Shown here: positions 14,679 to 21,268 of the stretch, piece by piece
Numbering within the stretch: the first letter of the stretch is position 1
Layout of the letters: the number at the start of each line of letters is the position of its first letter
NCBI GenBank assembly: GCA_026002815.1
Contig: BPGB01000005.1
Span: 45,960 to 69,959 of the forward strand
Reading direction: 5' to 3'
DNA length: 24,000 bases
Source of the DNA: Candidatus Woesearchaeota archaeon
Lineage (GTDB): Archaea; Nanobdellota; Nanobdellia; Woesearchaeales; UBA9642
The notes under the pieces: generated by a model
What the model saw: the letters and a program-made list of their open reading frames with translations, nothing else
Told to the model about the DNA's origin: nothing
Databases searched by the model: none
Program-made: the position numbers and the translations under genes

Positions 14679-17078
14679 ATGCTCCTCAAATCAATAAGAT
14701 TAAACAATATAAGATCGTATCTAAATCAGACAATTATATTTCCAGAAGGAGCCACGCTACTTTTGGGAGATATTGGTTCAGGAAAAACGACAATTCTTTT
14801 GGCTATAGAATTTGGTTTATTCGGTCTTATAAAAGGGGACACTACTGGATCAACCTTGCTTCGTCATGGGAAAAATGAGGGTAGTGTAGAATTAGAGTTT
14901 GAGGTTAATGGTAAAGATGTAAAAATTATGAGACAATTAAAAAGAAAAAAAGATACAATATCGCAAGACCATGGATATATAATTATTGATAATATTAAGA
15001 CAGATTTAACACCTATAGAATTAAAATCGAAAATATTAGAAATATTCGGTTACCCTGAAGATATGCTTAATAAGAATACTTCTCTAATATACAGATATAC
15101 TGTCTATACGCCCCAAGAGGAGATGAAAAACATTTTGTTTGAAAAAAACGAAGATAGATTAGATATTTTAAGAAAAATATTTAATATTGATAAGTACAAG
15201 AGAATTAGAGAAAATGCTCTTACTTATGCAAAAGAACTTCGTTCTATGAAGAAGATTCTTGAAGAGAAGCTTGTTAATTTAGATGATTTAAAGTCAAAAC
15301 TTGAAAATCTTATAACAGAAAGAGATATAACAATTAAAAATCTTGAAAACATCTCTAATGAAATATCCTCAAACATGAAACTTCTTGAAGAAAAGAATCT
15401 AGAGATTGATGAAATTAAAAAAACAATAAACATTGTTGTGGAATTAAGAAAAAATACTGCTATCATAGAAACAAAAATAACTCTTAAAAAAAATGAGCTT
15501 ATGAAAGCAGAAAAAGATATTAACATGATATCGTTTAGGATAAGTGAATATGAAAACAAAATAAAAGACTTGGGTACGATAGACTTTGATGAGGAGTCAC
15601 TTCAAAAATCTCTCGAAGAAAATAACAATATGTTGATAAAAATCAATACTGCAAAAGAAAGTTTAAACGAAAAACTTGAGAATAAAAAGAACGAGTTAAA
15701 AAGTATAATTATAGAGAATACTGCTTCACTAAAAATAAGGTTTGATTATCTGAAAAAAAGTATCGAAAGATTAGAATCAATGAAAAATGAATATGAAAGC
15801 AAAAAATCTCTTTTAGATAATATAAAAATGGACATAAATACATTAACAATAAGTAATAATAACTCTAAAAAAATCATAGATAAAATAAAAGATTTGAGCG
15901 TTTGTCCAGTTTGCATGCAAAATGTTGATTTTAGTCATAAAATAAAGTTAACTGATAGAGAGAATGCTAATATTACTTCCAATGAAAGAAAATTAAAAGA
16001 ATTAGAGGAAAAAAAGAAAACGTTGGAAAAAGAAATCGATATAATGAAAAAAGAAATAGAACAAATACATAAAGATGAAATAGAAATAAAAAGCATAGAA
16101 TTAAAGATACAAACTATGTCTGAATTGAGTGAAAAAAAATTAATGATACAAAAAGAGATAGAAGAATTAACTGAGAAAAAAGAAAAGCTTGATTCAATAA
16201 ACATAGAAAAACTTGTTGAAGAAATAAGCAAGAATAGAAAAATACTTGACAACATACGTTTAAGAAAAAATATTGTTGAAAACCTAGAAAATAAGAAGGC
16301 AGAAAAAGAAAATCTGCAAAAAATAATAGAAGAAATTAAAACAGAATTAAAAAATCTTTCAGAGGATTTAAAAAACAATAAATTAGAAATAGAAAAATAT
16401 TCTGACATTGAAAAAAAATTTTCATTAAAAATAAAAGAAAAAGAAGACTTAGAAAAAAAGATAAAAGTATTAGAGATAGATAAATCATTAAAAGAAAAGG
16501 AATTAGAAGATATTAACAAAGAAATATCTAAAGTTAAAGAAGATATTGATTTAAATACCCGCTTATATGAGAAAATAAAATATATAGAAAAACTAAATAA
16601 TTGGATAACTGATTATTTCGTCGCCCTTTCGGGAACAATAGAAAAGAACATTATGCACAAGATCCATGCAGAATTCAATGAATTATTTAAGGAATGGTTC
16701 TCTATAATAGTACAGGATGAAGAATTTGAAGTTCAAATAGACGAAAATTTTTCCCCAGTAATAAGGCAAAATAATTTCGATACATTTATAGAAAATTTAT
16801 CAGGAGGGGAAAAAACTGCTGTGGCTCTTTCTTATAGATTGGCTCTCAATAAAGTAATTAACGATTTCATCAATAACATAAAAACAAAGGATTTACTCAT
16901 ACTTGATGAGCCTACTGATGGGTTCTCAAGCGAACAATTGGATAGAATGAAAGATGTATTTGAGGCATTAAATGTTAAGCAACTAATAATAGTTAGTCAC
17001 GAAGCAAAAATGGAATCATATGCAGAAAATATAATTAAAATTCATAAAAATAATCATACTAGCACAGTAAATATATAA
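14679..17078 (+). CDS. rad50: DNA double-strand break repair ATPase Rad50
   Basis: Walker A GDIGSGKTT at the N-terminus, very long K/E/I coiled coils, a central zinc hook CPVC (about 15903-15914), the ABC signature LSGGEKT, Walker B LLILDEPTDGF, and the H-loop IIVSHE. Confidence 0.9.
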   Translation: MLLKSIRLNNIRSYLNQTIIFPEGATLLLGDIGSGKTTILLAIEFGLFGLIKGDTTGSTLLRHGKNEGSVELEFEVNGKDVKIMRQLKRKKDTISQDHGYIIIDNIKTDLTPIELKSKILEIFGYPEDMLNKNTSLIYRYTVYTPQEEMKNILFEKNEDRLDILRKIFNIDKYKRIRENALTYAKELRSMKKILEEKLVNLDDLKSKLENLITERDITIKNLENISNEISSNMKLLEEKNLEIDEIKKTINIVVELRKNTAIIETKITLKKNELMKAEKDINMISFRISEYENKIKDLGTIDFDEESLQKSLEENNNMLIKINTAKESLNEKLENKKNELKSIIIENTASLKIRFDYLKKSIERLESMKNEYESKKSLLDNIKMDINTLTISNNNSKKIIDKIKDLSVCPVCMQNVDFSHKIKLTDRENANITSNERKLKELEEKKKTLEKEIDIMKKEIEQIHKDEIEIKSIELKIQTMSELSEKKLMIQKEIEELTEKKEKLDSINIEKLVEEISKNRKILDNIRLRKNIVENLENKKAEKENLQKIIEEIKTELKNLSEDLKNNKLEIEKYSDIEKKFSLKIKEKEDLEKKIKVLEIDKSLKEKELEDINKEISKVKEDIDLNTRLYEKIKYIEKLNNWITDYFVALSGTIEKNIMHKIHAEFNELFKEWFSIIVQDEEFEVQIDENFSPVIRQNNFDTFIENLSGGEKTAVALSYRLALNKVINDFINNIKTKDLLILDEPTDGFSSEQLDRMKDVFEALNVKQLIIVSHEAKMESYAENIIKIHKNNHTSTVNI

Positions 17079-17218
17079 TTAATTATAAGTATTTTATAAT
17101 TAAAAATATTAAAAAATTAATAATAAGAAAAGCATTAATTATAAAATCAATTTTAGAAAAGTAATACTAAAATAAAAAAACTATTAAAATAAAATCATTG
17201 TAGAAAGATATTATTACA

Positions 17219-17291
17219 GGGGCTGTGGGGTAGATTGGTATCCTTCACGGATGGGGTCCGTGCGACCCGGGTTCAAATCCTGGCAGCCCCA
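17219..17291 (+). tRNA. tRNA-Pro (anticodon GGG)
   Basis: Hand-folded. Acceptor GGGGCTG/CAGCCCC. Anticodon stem CACGG/CCGTG with loop AT-GGG-GT. T arm CCGGG-TTCAAAT-CCTGG. Discriminator A, no CCA. Confidence 0.9.
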
Positions 17292-17329
17292 TATAAGTAT
17301 AATATAATCCCATATAAGTAAAATATAAT
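17288..17329. repeat. 2 x 21-nt tandem duplication starting inside the tRNA-Pro(GGG) 3' end (cccatataagtataatataat / cccatataagtaaaatataat)
   Basis: The first copy includes the last three acceptor-stem bases and the discriminator (CCCA). One mismatch between copies. Confidence 0.9.
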
Positions 17330-17354
17330 TAAGCACATAATTATAAGAATCATA

Positions 17355-17429
17355 GGGGTTGTAGTATAACTTGGCTTAGAATACAGCGTTCGGGACGCTG
17401 TGATCGGGGTTCAAATCCTCGCAACCCCA
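17355..17429 (+). tRNA. tRNA-Pro (anticodon CGG)
   Basis: Hand-folded. Acceptor GGGGTTG/CAACCCC. Anticodon stem CAGCG/CGCTG with loop TT-CGG-GA. T arm CGGGG-TTCAAAT-CCTCG. The D arm is long and I could not fold it unambiguously by hand. Confidence 0.85.
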
Positions 17430-17449
17430 TATGACTTATTAACAAATAA

Positions 17450-17458
17450 CTTTATAAA
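17450..17458 (+). promoter_or_regulatory. Putative TATA box (ctttataaa) for the rpl37ae-rpoP-pcc1-pfdB-UPF0147 operon
   Basis: Located about 43 nt upstream of ATG 17497. This would give a short leader containing GAGGT (17487-17491). Confidence 0.35.
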
Positions 17459-17496
17459 TGCCTTATTTTTCCTTTTATATAATTTTGAGGTATAAA

Positions 17497-17742
17497 ATGA
17501 GAGAATCATTAAAACACAGCAAAGCGATAGGTCGTTTTGGAACAAGATATGGAAGAAGAAACAGAGTTAAAGTTGCAATGATAGAAGTAGAACAAAAGAG
17601 AAAACATAAGTGTCCAAAATGTGGATATGTTAAGGTTAAAAGAGTTTCAGTTGGTATATGGCATTGTGAAAATTGCAAAACGAAATTTACCTCAAGAGCA
17701 TATACTGTTTCAAAACCACAGTCTATAAAATCATTAGAATAG
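17497..17742 (+). CDS. rpl37ae: 50S ribosomal protein L37Ae (eL43)
   Basis: GRFGTRYGRRNRVKV... plus the zinc ribbon CPKCG...WHCENC. GAGGT lies 5 nt upstream of ATG 17497. The track's upstream extension (MPYFSFYIILRYK) is not protein-like. Confidence 0.9.
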   Translation: MRESLKHSKAIGRFGTRYGRRNRVKVAMIEVEQKRKHKCPKCGYVKVKRVSVGIWHCENCKTKFTSRAYTVSKPQSIKSLE

Positions 17743-17751
17743 AGGTATAAA

Positions 17752-17889
17752 ATGGTTGATTACAAATGCTTTTCTTGTAGTAAAGTTGTTGCTGACACTT
17801 ATATAAAAAAGAAAGTTAGATGCCCGTATTGTGGATCTAGGCTCATTTTCAAGCCGAGAACATCGATTACAAAGGTTAAGGCAAGATAA
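17752..17889 (+). CDS. rpoP: DNA-directed RNA polymerase subunit P (Rpo12), 45 aa, not in the ORF track
   Basis: Hand translation gives MVDYKCFSCSKVVADTYIKKKVRCPYCGSRLIFKPRTSITKVKAR*. The zinc ribbon CxxC...CxxC followed by R(L/I)(I/L)FK is the RpoP hallmark. The same GAGGTATAAAATG initiation cassette is used as for rpl37ae. Confidence 0.85.
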   Translation: MVDYKCFSCSKVVADTYIKKKVRCPYCGSRLIFKPRTSITKVKAR

Positions 17890-17901
17890 TTTTTAATAAA
17901 A

Positions 17902-18123
17902 ATGTATACTTCAAGCCTAATTATAGATAAAGACATTGATGAATTAGAAAAACTTCTTAGTATTGAAGATAAAGATTTAGGAAGATCTTCTTTTAGTATT
18001 AATAAAAAAAACGACCAACTCATAATAGAAATGAAAGCCGAAGATGCTACAGCTTTAAAAACAGTTATGAATACTATTGCGAAAGTATTACTTGTTTGGG
18101 AAAAATCTAAAAGTATAAAATAG
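17902..18123 (+). CDS. pcc1: KEOPS complex subunit Pcc1
   Basis: 73 aa with the pattern ...SFSINKKNDQLIIEMKAEDATALKTVMNTIAKVLLVWEK (beta-beta-alpha with A-L-[KR] helix), as in Pcc1/CTAG family members. The position between rpoP and pfdB matches conserved archaeal gene order. Confidence 0.65.
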   Translation: MYTSSLIIDKDIDELEKLLSIEDKDLGRSSFSINKKNDQLIIEMKAEDATALKTVMNTIAKVLLVWEKSKSIK

Positions 18124-18136
18124 ATTGGTAATAAAA

Positions 18137-18490
18137 ATGAATGAAACACAAGACAAAATAAATCAAATCCAACTCATACAACAAAACATTCAAAACATAT
18201 CCATTCAAAGACAAAAATTTCAAATTCAAGAAACTGAAATAGAATCAGCATTAAATGAAATTGAAAAAACAGAAGTAACATATAAAATTATTGGTAATAT
18301 AATGGTAAAAAGTGATAAGGAATCCTTAAAAAAAGAATTAAAAGAAAAGCATGAAATGTTAAAAGTAAGAATTTCCGCTTTGGAAAAACAAGAAGAAAGA
18401 TTAAGATCAAATGTTGAAGAATTACAGAAAGAGGTATTAAAAGACTTGGAAAATGACGCTAAGCAAAGCAAAACTTCAAGAAGGGATTAG
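18137..18490 (+). CDS. pfdB: Prefoldin beta subunit
   Basis: Two coiled-coil helices flank a beta-hairpin core (VTYKIIGNIMVKSDKESLKKELKEK). ATG at 18137; the track's TTG at 18125 is rejected. Confidence 0.85.
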   Translation: MNETQDKINQIQLIQQNIQNISIQRQKFQIQETEIESALNEIEKTEVTYKIIGNIMVKSDKESLKKELKEKHEMLKVRISALEKQEERLRSNVEELQKEVLKDLENDAKQSKTSRRD

Positions 18491-18719
18491 TGAAGTTATA
18501 AAATTCACGGAGACTTTGAAGGAAGACGATTCAGTGCCTAAGAACATAAAGTTAAAACTAGAATCAATCATAAGTATACTTAATGAAAATACAGAAGTAA
18601 GTCTTAAAGTAGGTAAATGCTTGCATATTCTTGATGAAATATCTGAAGATTTGAATATTCAGCCTTTTGTCAGGACGCAAATATGGAACATAAGCAGTAT
18701 GCTTGAAAAGTTGAACTAA
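18453..18719 (+). CDS. UPF0147 family protein
   Basis: 88 aa. DDSVPKNIK...LHILDEISEDLNIQPFVRTQIWNISSMLEKL matches the conserved archaeal UPF0147 pattern (..VPRNIR...ILDEIS.DPN.P...RT.IWN....LE). It overlaps the pfdB 3' end by 38 nt in another frame. Confidence 0.7.
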   Translation: MTLSKAKLQEGISEVIKFTETLKEDDSVPKNIKLKLESIISILNENTEVSLKVGKCLHILDEISEDLNIQPFVRTQIWNISSMLEKLN

Positions 18720-18795
18720 CGAATGGTTTTTATTAATATAAGGGTTTTGTTCGTAAAAATATTATTAATAATTGAACAAAAAAATTAACAACAAT

Positions 18796-19377
18796 TTAAT
18801 CTTTTTCTTGTTTCTTCTTTTTAATTTTGCTTTTTAGAAGTAATGTTTTTGGAATTATTACTATTTCTTTTTTTCCAGTATCTATTTGAATATCTGATAA
18901 TCTTATTTTTGTTACTTTTCCAGATATTACTTTTTTTTCATTTATTATAGTTATTTCATCTCCTAAATTTATCTTTCTTTTCATACTAAATATTAATCCA
19001 GCAAAAAAGTTTAAAATGATGTCATTAATTCCAAATATTATAAAGAAGATTGAGATTATAACAAGAATAAATATTACTATTGTAATTATTGTTTTTGCAA
19101 TTTTCAAAGTGTTTAATGCTATTAATATTGAAAGTATATAGATAATAACACCTATTATGTTTGACAAAATCTTACTTAATCCTTTTACTTTTTTCTTTGT
19201 CAGTTTATCTAACTCTATTGCTTCAAAAAGCTTTAATGATAGGTTTTTTATTATTCTTCCAACTATAAAGCCTACTACTAATATTAATATTACTGTTATT
19301 ATCTTTGTTAATACTGTTGTATATGCTGCTGTTGTCGTTATAATCTCGGAATCCGATAATAATGCATTATTAACCAT
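18796..19377 (-). CDS. Short MscS-like mechanosensitive channel family membrane protein
   Basis: N-terminal TM helices followed by LGDEITIINEKKVISGKVTKIRLSDIQIDTGKKEIVIIPKTLL. This resembles the MscS pore-proximal beta-domain motif (GD.I...G.V..I....T.....g..v.iPN). At 193 aa it is shorter than canonical MscS. Confidence 0.5.
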   Translation of the reverse strand: MVNNALLSDSEIITTTAAYTTVLTKIITVILILVVGFIVGRIIKNLSLKLFEAIELDKLTKKKVKGLSKILSNIIGVIIYILSILIALNTLKIAKTIITIVIFILVIISIFFIIFGINDIILNFFAGLIFSMKRKINLGDEITIINEKKVISGKVTKIRLSDIQIDTGKKEIVIIPKTLLLKSKIKKKKQEKD

Positions 19378-19618
19378 AATTTTCGAATATAAAATATATT
19401 TATAAATTTTTACTAATTTGTTGAACTGTAGTTTCCTATGATTTAATGTATATTACATTAATAGTACATTAAATATTAACTCTTTATTGTGAAAAATATT
19501 CATAAAATATATGCTAATAAAATTAAAAAAATGTTAATACTAATAAATTTGAATTAAATGAATTCATAAATATTTCATAAATTAATTTAATTTTCATTAA
19601 ACCTATTATAAAGAAAAC

Positions 19619-19627
19619 ATTTATAAA
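19619..19627 (+). promoter_or_regulatory. Putative BRE/TATA (aaaac-atttataaa) for rps17e-albA; implies a leaderless rps17e
   Basis: The TATA centre lies about 28 nt upstream of ATG 19651, with no SD. The downstream albA has its own GGTGAT SD. Confidence 0.35.
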
Positions 19628-19650
19628 TGGTCATTTATTCCATAACTCAT

Positions 19651-19839
19651 ATGGGAAGAATAAAAACACAATTGATAAAGAGAACAACTGAAGAAATAAT
19701 GTCTAAGGATCATGATGCTTTTACTACTGATTTTAATGAAAATAAACAAATTTTAAGTACAAAACTTAATATTCGCTCTAAAAAAATCAGAAATGTAATA
19801 GCAGGTTACATAACTAGATTGAAAAAGAAAGAACTGTAA
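19651..19839 (+). CDS. rps17e: 30S ribosomal protein S17e
   Basis: MGRIKTQLIKRTTEEI...FTTDFNENKQIL...IRSKKIRNVIAGYITRL is the eS17 pattern. The start is moved to ATG 19651, which lies about 28 nt downstream of a TATA box and so is probably leaderless. Confidence 0.9.
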   Translation: MGRIKTQLIKRTTEEIMSKDHDAFTTDFNENKQILSTKLNIRSKKIRNVIAGYITRLKKKEL

Positions 19840-19862
19840 ATAAAGAAACTTAGGGTGATAAC

Positions 19863-20144
19863 ATGGATAAAGACAACCAAGTTTTCGTTGGAACAAAGCC
19901 ATTTATGAACTATGTGACTAGTTTAGTCATGCAATTTACTACTAAAGGAGCAGATGAGGTCTTTCTTAAAGCTAGAGGAAAATTTATTAGTAAAGCTGTT
20001 GATGTTGTTGAAGTTACAACTAAAAGATTCTTAAAAGATCAAATATATGTTAAAAATATAAAGATTGATTCTGAAGATTTTAAAAACAAAGAAGGAAAAG
20101 ATGTAAGAGTTTCTACCATTGAAATAACTCTTGCTAAAGCATAA
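19863..20144 (+). CDS. albA: DNA/RNA-binding protein Alba
   Basis: NQVFVGTKPFMNYVTSLVMQF...EVFLKARGKFISKAVDVVEV...VSTIEITLAK is the canonical Alba sequence. The SD GGTGAT precedes the ATG. Confidence 0.9.
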   Translation: MDKDNQVFVGTKPFMNYVTSLVMQFTTKGADEVFLKARGKFISKAVDVVEVTTKRFLKDQIYVKNIKIDSEDFKNKEGKDVRVSTIEITLAKA

Positions 20145-20189
20145 TATTTTATTTTACTACTTTTTCATAAGACTCGTATGTATAAATAG

Positions 20190-20231
20190 TTTCATATATA
20201 ATTTATAATATTTCATATATAATTTATAATA
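20190..20231. repeat. 2 x 21-nt perfect tandem duplication (tttcatatataatttataata)
   Basis: Copies at 20190-20210 and 20211-20231, downstream of albA. Confidence 0.9.
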
Positions 20232-20238
20232 TTAAAGT

Positions 20239-20276
20239 ATTTTTCTATAAATTAGTAATTTTTCTATAAATTAGTA
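20239..20276. repeat. 2 x 19-nt perfect tandem duplication (atttttctataaattagta)
   Basis: Copies at 20239-20257 and 20258-20276, 7 nt after the previous duplication. Confidence 0.9.
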
Positions 20277-20394
20277 TATTTGACAAATAATTTTAACTCT
20301 ATAATAATATGCATTTAAAATAATTAATAGATTTTCTAAATTATAATTAGAAGGTTCATAGTATATGTAATATTTAATAATATAAAAAACTATT

Positions 20395-20925
20395 TCATGA
20401 TATAATCTTTTTTAATCTCCCATAATTATTTATTTCCATAATTATTGGTTCTAATTCATAATAATAAGACCTTGGAAAAATATATATTCTCTTATTTTTC
20501 ATCGTTACACCTATATCTCTTGTTCTAAATGAATTGTTTTTTATTTGAAAGCTGTATATATTGTTATCTTTGATATTTTTATTTATTAATTCTTTTCTTA
20601 TTTGACTATCAGACCAACACCCGTCATTTCTATGTATATGATATGCTATTATTTTATCAGGGTCTTCAAAAATTTCCGATATTTTCTTAACATATCGCTT
20701 ATCTTCTTTAGGGTTCTCTACCAAAAGATTGCTTACATATCCACTCATCAGCATTTCTGGTGTTGTAGCCTTACTTATATGTGCTAAAGCAGTTGTTTTT
20801 CCATCGGAGAATACTAAAGCATTGCAAATAGAATAATTTCTAGAGAAAAGGATTTCACCAGTCTTCATATCATTTATAATTACTTCTATTCCATTATTAA
20901 TAAAGTAATCCCTATTTATTTTCAT
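20395..20925 (-). CDS. Hypothetical protein (176 aa) with a CheD-like Cys/His pattern (tentative)
   Basis: The first ATG is at 20925; the track start at 20946 is TTG. SICNALVFSDGKTTALAHISKA and NNSFRTRDIGVTMKNKRIYI resemble the CheD motifs GSCV.V.L.D...k.gg.AH.mLP and GGNS.RT..f....g...i. This is a from-memory comparison only. Confidence 0.5.
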   Translation of the reverse strand: MKINRDYFINNGIEVIINDMKTGEILFSRNYSICNALVFSDGKTTALAHISKATTPEMLMSGYVSNLLVENPKEDKRYVKKISEIFEDPDKIIAYHIHRNDGCWSDSQIRKELINKNIKDNNIYSFQIKNNSFRTRDIGVTMKNKRIYIFPRSYYYELEPIIMEINNYGRLKKIIS

Positions 20926-21008
20926 AATTTTAATAATATAATGCAATTTATATATTTTACCATTAAACAGTAGATATTAACTTATGTGTTTTATATTATT
21001 ATATGATG

Positions 21009-21055
21009 CACATTAGTTACACATTAGTATAGATGCTTTTTAGTATAGATACTTT
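21009..21055. repeat. Two overlapping tandem duplications upstream of tRNA-Arg: 2 x 11 nt (cacattagtta / cacattagtat) and 2 x 16 nt (ttagtatagatgcttt / ttagtatagatacttt)
   Basis: Coordinates 21009-21030 and 21024-21055, read directly. They end 30 nt upstream of the tRNA. Confidence 0.85.
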
Positions 21056-21084
21056 TTTAAAGGATTTAAGTATTTAAACATTAA

Positions 21085-21159
21085 GGGTGCGTGGCTCAGC
21101 TTGGATAGAGCGACTGGCTTCGGACCAGTAGGTCGGGGGTTCAAATCCTCCCGCGCCCA
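21085..21159 (+). tRNA. tRNA-Arg (anticodon TCG)
   Basis: Hand-folded. Acceptor GGGTGCG/CGCGCCC. D arm GCTC-AGCTTGGATA-GAGC. Anticodon stem ACTGG/CCAGT with loop CT-TCG-GA. T arm GGGGG-TTCAAAT-CCTCC. Discriminator A, no CCA. Confidence 0.9.
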
Positions 21160-21193
21160 TTAAAAAGATATAAGTCATTAAAAAGATATAAGT
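21158..21193. repeat. 2 x 18-nt perfect tandem duplication starting at the last base of tRNA-Arg (cattaaaaagatataagt)
   Basis: Copies at 21158-21175 and 21176-21193. The first copy begins with the terminal acceptor C and the discriminator A. Confidence 0.9.
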
Positions 21194-21268
21194 TAAAATA
21201 ATAAAGATCATAATTCATAAATATTAAAATAATATAATACACTATAAATATAATACATCAATAATAAG

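Noticed and set aside
15224-16519. Long antisense ORFs inside rad50 (15224..15559 and 15935..16519, minus strand)
   Set aside because: They are mirror images of the GAA/AAA/AAG-rich coiled-coil codons, giving F/S/L-rich nonsense. The + strand has unambiguous Rad50 motifs.
17458-18471. N-terminal extension of rpl37ae from 17458 and antisense ORFs 17475..17678, 17799..18149, 18226..18471
   Set aside because: The extension (MPYFSFYIILRYK) precedes the SD/ATG at 17497 and overlaps the promoter. The antisense ORFs overlap rpl37ae, rpoP, pcc1 and pfdB, which are all motif-supported.
18720-18795. Small ORF MVFINIRVLFVKILLIIEQKN and a TTTTGTTC/GAACAAAA inverted repeat between convergent genes
   Set aside because: The ORF is 21 aa of hydrophobic AT-rich translation with no SD. 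The inverted repeat is 8 bp with a loop of about 24 nt, too weak to call a terminator.
1911-21193. The tandem duplications as CRISPR-like arrays or MITEs
   Set aside because: There are only 2-3 copies with no spacers. The units are unrelated to each other. There are no terminal inverted repeats and no cas or transposase genes.
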